From assembly GCF_009914755.1 (NCBI RefSeq), contig NC_060938.1: DNA of 64,000 nt; one strand, written 5' to 3'. The translations under genes were made by a program, and so were the position numbers. The first letter of the stretch is position 1; every line of letters begins with the position of its first letter. The notes beneath the pieces are model-generated. The model saw nothing but the letters and a program-made list of their open reading frames with translations. It did no database searches and had not been told where the DNA came from. The stretch is from the human T2T-CHM13v2.0 reference genome, Homo sapiens. Below, one piece after another: positions 61,183 to 64,000 of the stretch.

Positions 61183-62129
61183 CTGATAGGGTATAAAAGA
61201 AACAAAATTATTATCATGGAATATACAATCATAGTTGGAGGGCAAATGTCCTTATAATTTTCAACAGTAAAACTATCTGAAATGCTGTATCAACTGGACA
61301 AATAAATGTGGAAACTACAAAGTCTGAATGAATGTGAAAGTTCCTGGAAGAAGACAATATAGAATATTTTTAACATTTTAAAATTCACCAGATAGAGCTG
61401 AATCCTCTTCCAGCTTAATGGCTCCACAAAGTTTTTACCTTAAGCCCTTTGTTTTCCAAAGATTGGAAATAAGGTAAAGTTGTGACTGTCTGCTAAAACT
61501 CTTCAATGGCTCACGTTCCCTTCCCTACAGGATAATCTAGCCCTGACTCCCGAGTACTTCCACTATCTAGTCTCAGGCACTCTGATACTTTAAATTTGCT
61601 CAGAGTAGCGTGGCCCATGAGTGCTAATCATTTCAAGACACTGAGACAACAGAGATGCAGAGTTGATCACGATGCTGCCACTGCCCTTCTTGGTAATCAG
61701 GAGGAAGTCCAAAATCCTTCCAGACCTAGCTACCCCTCCACATCATCACGTACATCAACCCACACCTTGGCCCCCCGTCAATATCCAGCGAAAATGAACT
61801 ACTGGCAGCTCTTGAAAAGCTGAGGTGCCTGCAGGCCTTTACACGTGTTCTCTCTGCAGGAAAGCTCCTTCCTTCCTCAGGCTCACGATGCCCATCCTCC
61901 AAGATGCACCCGGATCCCACTGCCTGTAGGAAGCAACCCCCAGACCACCAAGAGCCAACTCAGGTTGTTTGTTCTCCCCGAACCCTCCTGTGCCCTCTTG
62001 CCTTCTCTACTTTGAACCCCACAAAGGCTTCTCACTGCCCACAGGATAAAGTCCTCTTGAGGAATCCAGGACACACAACAGCTGGATGGTTTGATGCCTC
62101 AAGTCAGAAGACCACACTGCCTGCGTCTG

Positions 62130-62290
62130 AACCCCAGCTCGCCAGCTGTGAGATCTTGGGCAACTTAATGTACCTTTCAGAGCCTCAACATTTTCATCTG
62201 TAAAATGGGAATAAAAATAGTATCTATTTCATAGGATTGCTGAGATTAGATAATATATGTGAAGCTGTGAGGCCTCGCACAAGGCAAAAA
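62130..62290 (+). mobile_element. MIR fragment
   Basis: ctgtgagatcttgggcaactta..cagagcctca..catctgtaaaatggga core. Confidence 0.7.
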
Positions 62291-62951
62291 CCCAGTATCT
62301 CACCTGTTAGCTCAAGGGCCTCTACTATCCAAGCTCTGCCCACCACTTCAGCTTCTACCCTTTCCCACTTGCCCTCTGTGCATCAGAGCTGGCTCTGTAC
62401 AAGTTCTGACTTTGACCTGGAATATTTTTCCTATCTGTGTGTGTCCCCACTCCCCTGCCTCATACTTAGTATCCTCACTTTAAAATATCATCTTGATTTA
62501 TCATTCATTCTTTACTTAAACAACAAATATTTGCTTACTGCCTACAATACGCCAGGCATGGGGGAATGAAGTGATTGAATGAGACGGACCAGGACCGTTT
62601 TCATGGAACTTACTTTCCAAAGGGGAGGCAGATAATAAACAAATGACCACGATCAGTTCAGATCATGATTAAGTGTGTGTGGAAAATAAAACAGGGTCTT
62701 GTGTTAGTGTGATCCCCTGAGAAGGTGTCGTTTAGGCTGAGATTTGAATGATGAAAAGCCAGAAATAGGGTAGGTCAGTAGTATGTGCCCTAATTATGAT
62801 AATGAGGTTGGTGAGTTCAAAAAACAGAAAACAAAACAAAACAAACAAGCAAACAAAAAAACCAGTGTGCTGGAATGAAATAGACAGAAAAGGACTAGTG
62901 CGTGAGTAGGTGATCAGACAACTAGAACCTAATAGGCCAAGATAAGAAGTT

Positions 62952-63292
<341 letters not shown>

Positions 63293-63299
63293 CTAAGTA

Positions 63300-63376
63300 T
63301 TAGCTTGGTGCAAAAGTAACAGATTTTGCCATTACTTTTAACAGCCAAAATTGCCATTACTTTTGCACCAACCTAA
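63300..63376. mobile_element. MADE1 (Hsmar1-derived MITE)
   Basis: TA|TTAGCTTGGTGCAAAAGTAA..TTACTTTTGCACCAACCTAA|TA: inverted termini and TA target duplication. Confidence 0.95.
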
Positions 63377-63869
63377 TACAATGGGGAGTGAGCAATGAGC
63401 TCTGGATAGGGCAGTGAAATTATCTGATTTAGGTTTTTAGAAAGTCATTTCCACAGAGAAGTATTCCTGGATCCCCCAGGTTGGGTTACGACTCACCACT
63501 AGATATGTGGTACACCCTATAATTCTGCTATCATGATATTCACCAGTGGAGTGTATTTGCTTGTTTAATGTCTATATTCCCTGCTAAACTGGAAATTCGA
63601 CTAGGGTAGGAACTATGTCTCGTTCTCTTTCAAACCTTCCACACATAGGAGGCTTTGCATAAAATGAGGTAAATGGAGGAATAGCTCTTACCACCTGTTC
63701 TATAATTGTCTAAGGGTTTTCCCCCCAACAGGAGATTCTGAGGGCAGGATCACATCTGATTCATGGTCAGCCTGACTCATACGGGGCACATATTTAGGAA
63801 CCAAAAACATAACTGACTTCAAGAAACTCAAGGGCTGGTAAAGACAGACCAGTCATCAGCGTCACAGGA

Positions 63870-64000
63870 CAGGGTAGGGTGAGGGCACAGTGGCTAAGTT
63901 ACTTATCCCCTCTGAGCCTCGATTCCCCATCTGCAAAATGGGGTTGACATTACTTCATGGGACCACTGTGAGGTTCAAATGAGATGATCCACTTAAAGTG
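63870..64000 (+). mobile_element. MIR fragment
   Basis: aagttactta..ctctgagcctc..catctgcaaaatgggg..gtgaggttcaaatgagat. Confidence 0.7.

Overview
Human (primate) genomic DNA, Alu-dense, recognisable as the chr14q32.3 MOK-ZNF839-CINP interval. It contains: (i) the promoter and 7-nt first coding exon of MOK (- strand, ATG at 6569), with a solo LTR12/ERV9 LTR in its first intron; (ii) an intact tRNA-Ile(AAT) gene at 18686-18759; (iii) the complete 8-exon ZNF839 CDS (+ strand, 21360-43776; the exons I assembled give 927 aa, or 811 aa from the internal ATG at 27639); (iv) coding exons 2-5 of CINP (- strand, 61182 to 50151; exon 1 lies beyond the window). The rest is Alu, L1, MaLR LTRs, Tigger1, MER53, MER20, MER58, MADE1 and a retroposed U13 snoRNA copy. 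Nearly all entries in the ORF track are Alu artefacts. I cannot support a new multi-gene system. The best leads are small-scale: an inverted templated copy of an Alu-Alu junction, a CTCF/tRNA/extra-B-box regulatory cluster, in-frame alternative acceptors and a stop-free circularisable exon in ZNF839, a TRSGR candidate nucleosome-binding motif, and strong-context uORFs and X-boxes at MOK. Gene names and repeat families are from recall of known sequences, not database searches; repeat boundaries are approximate.
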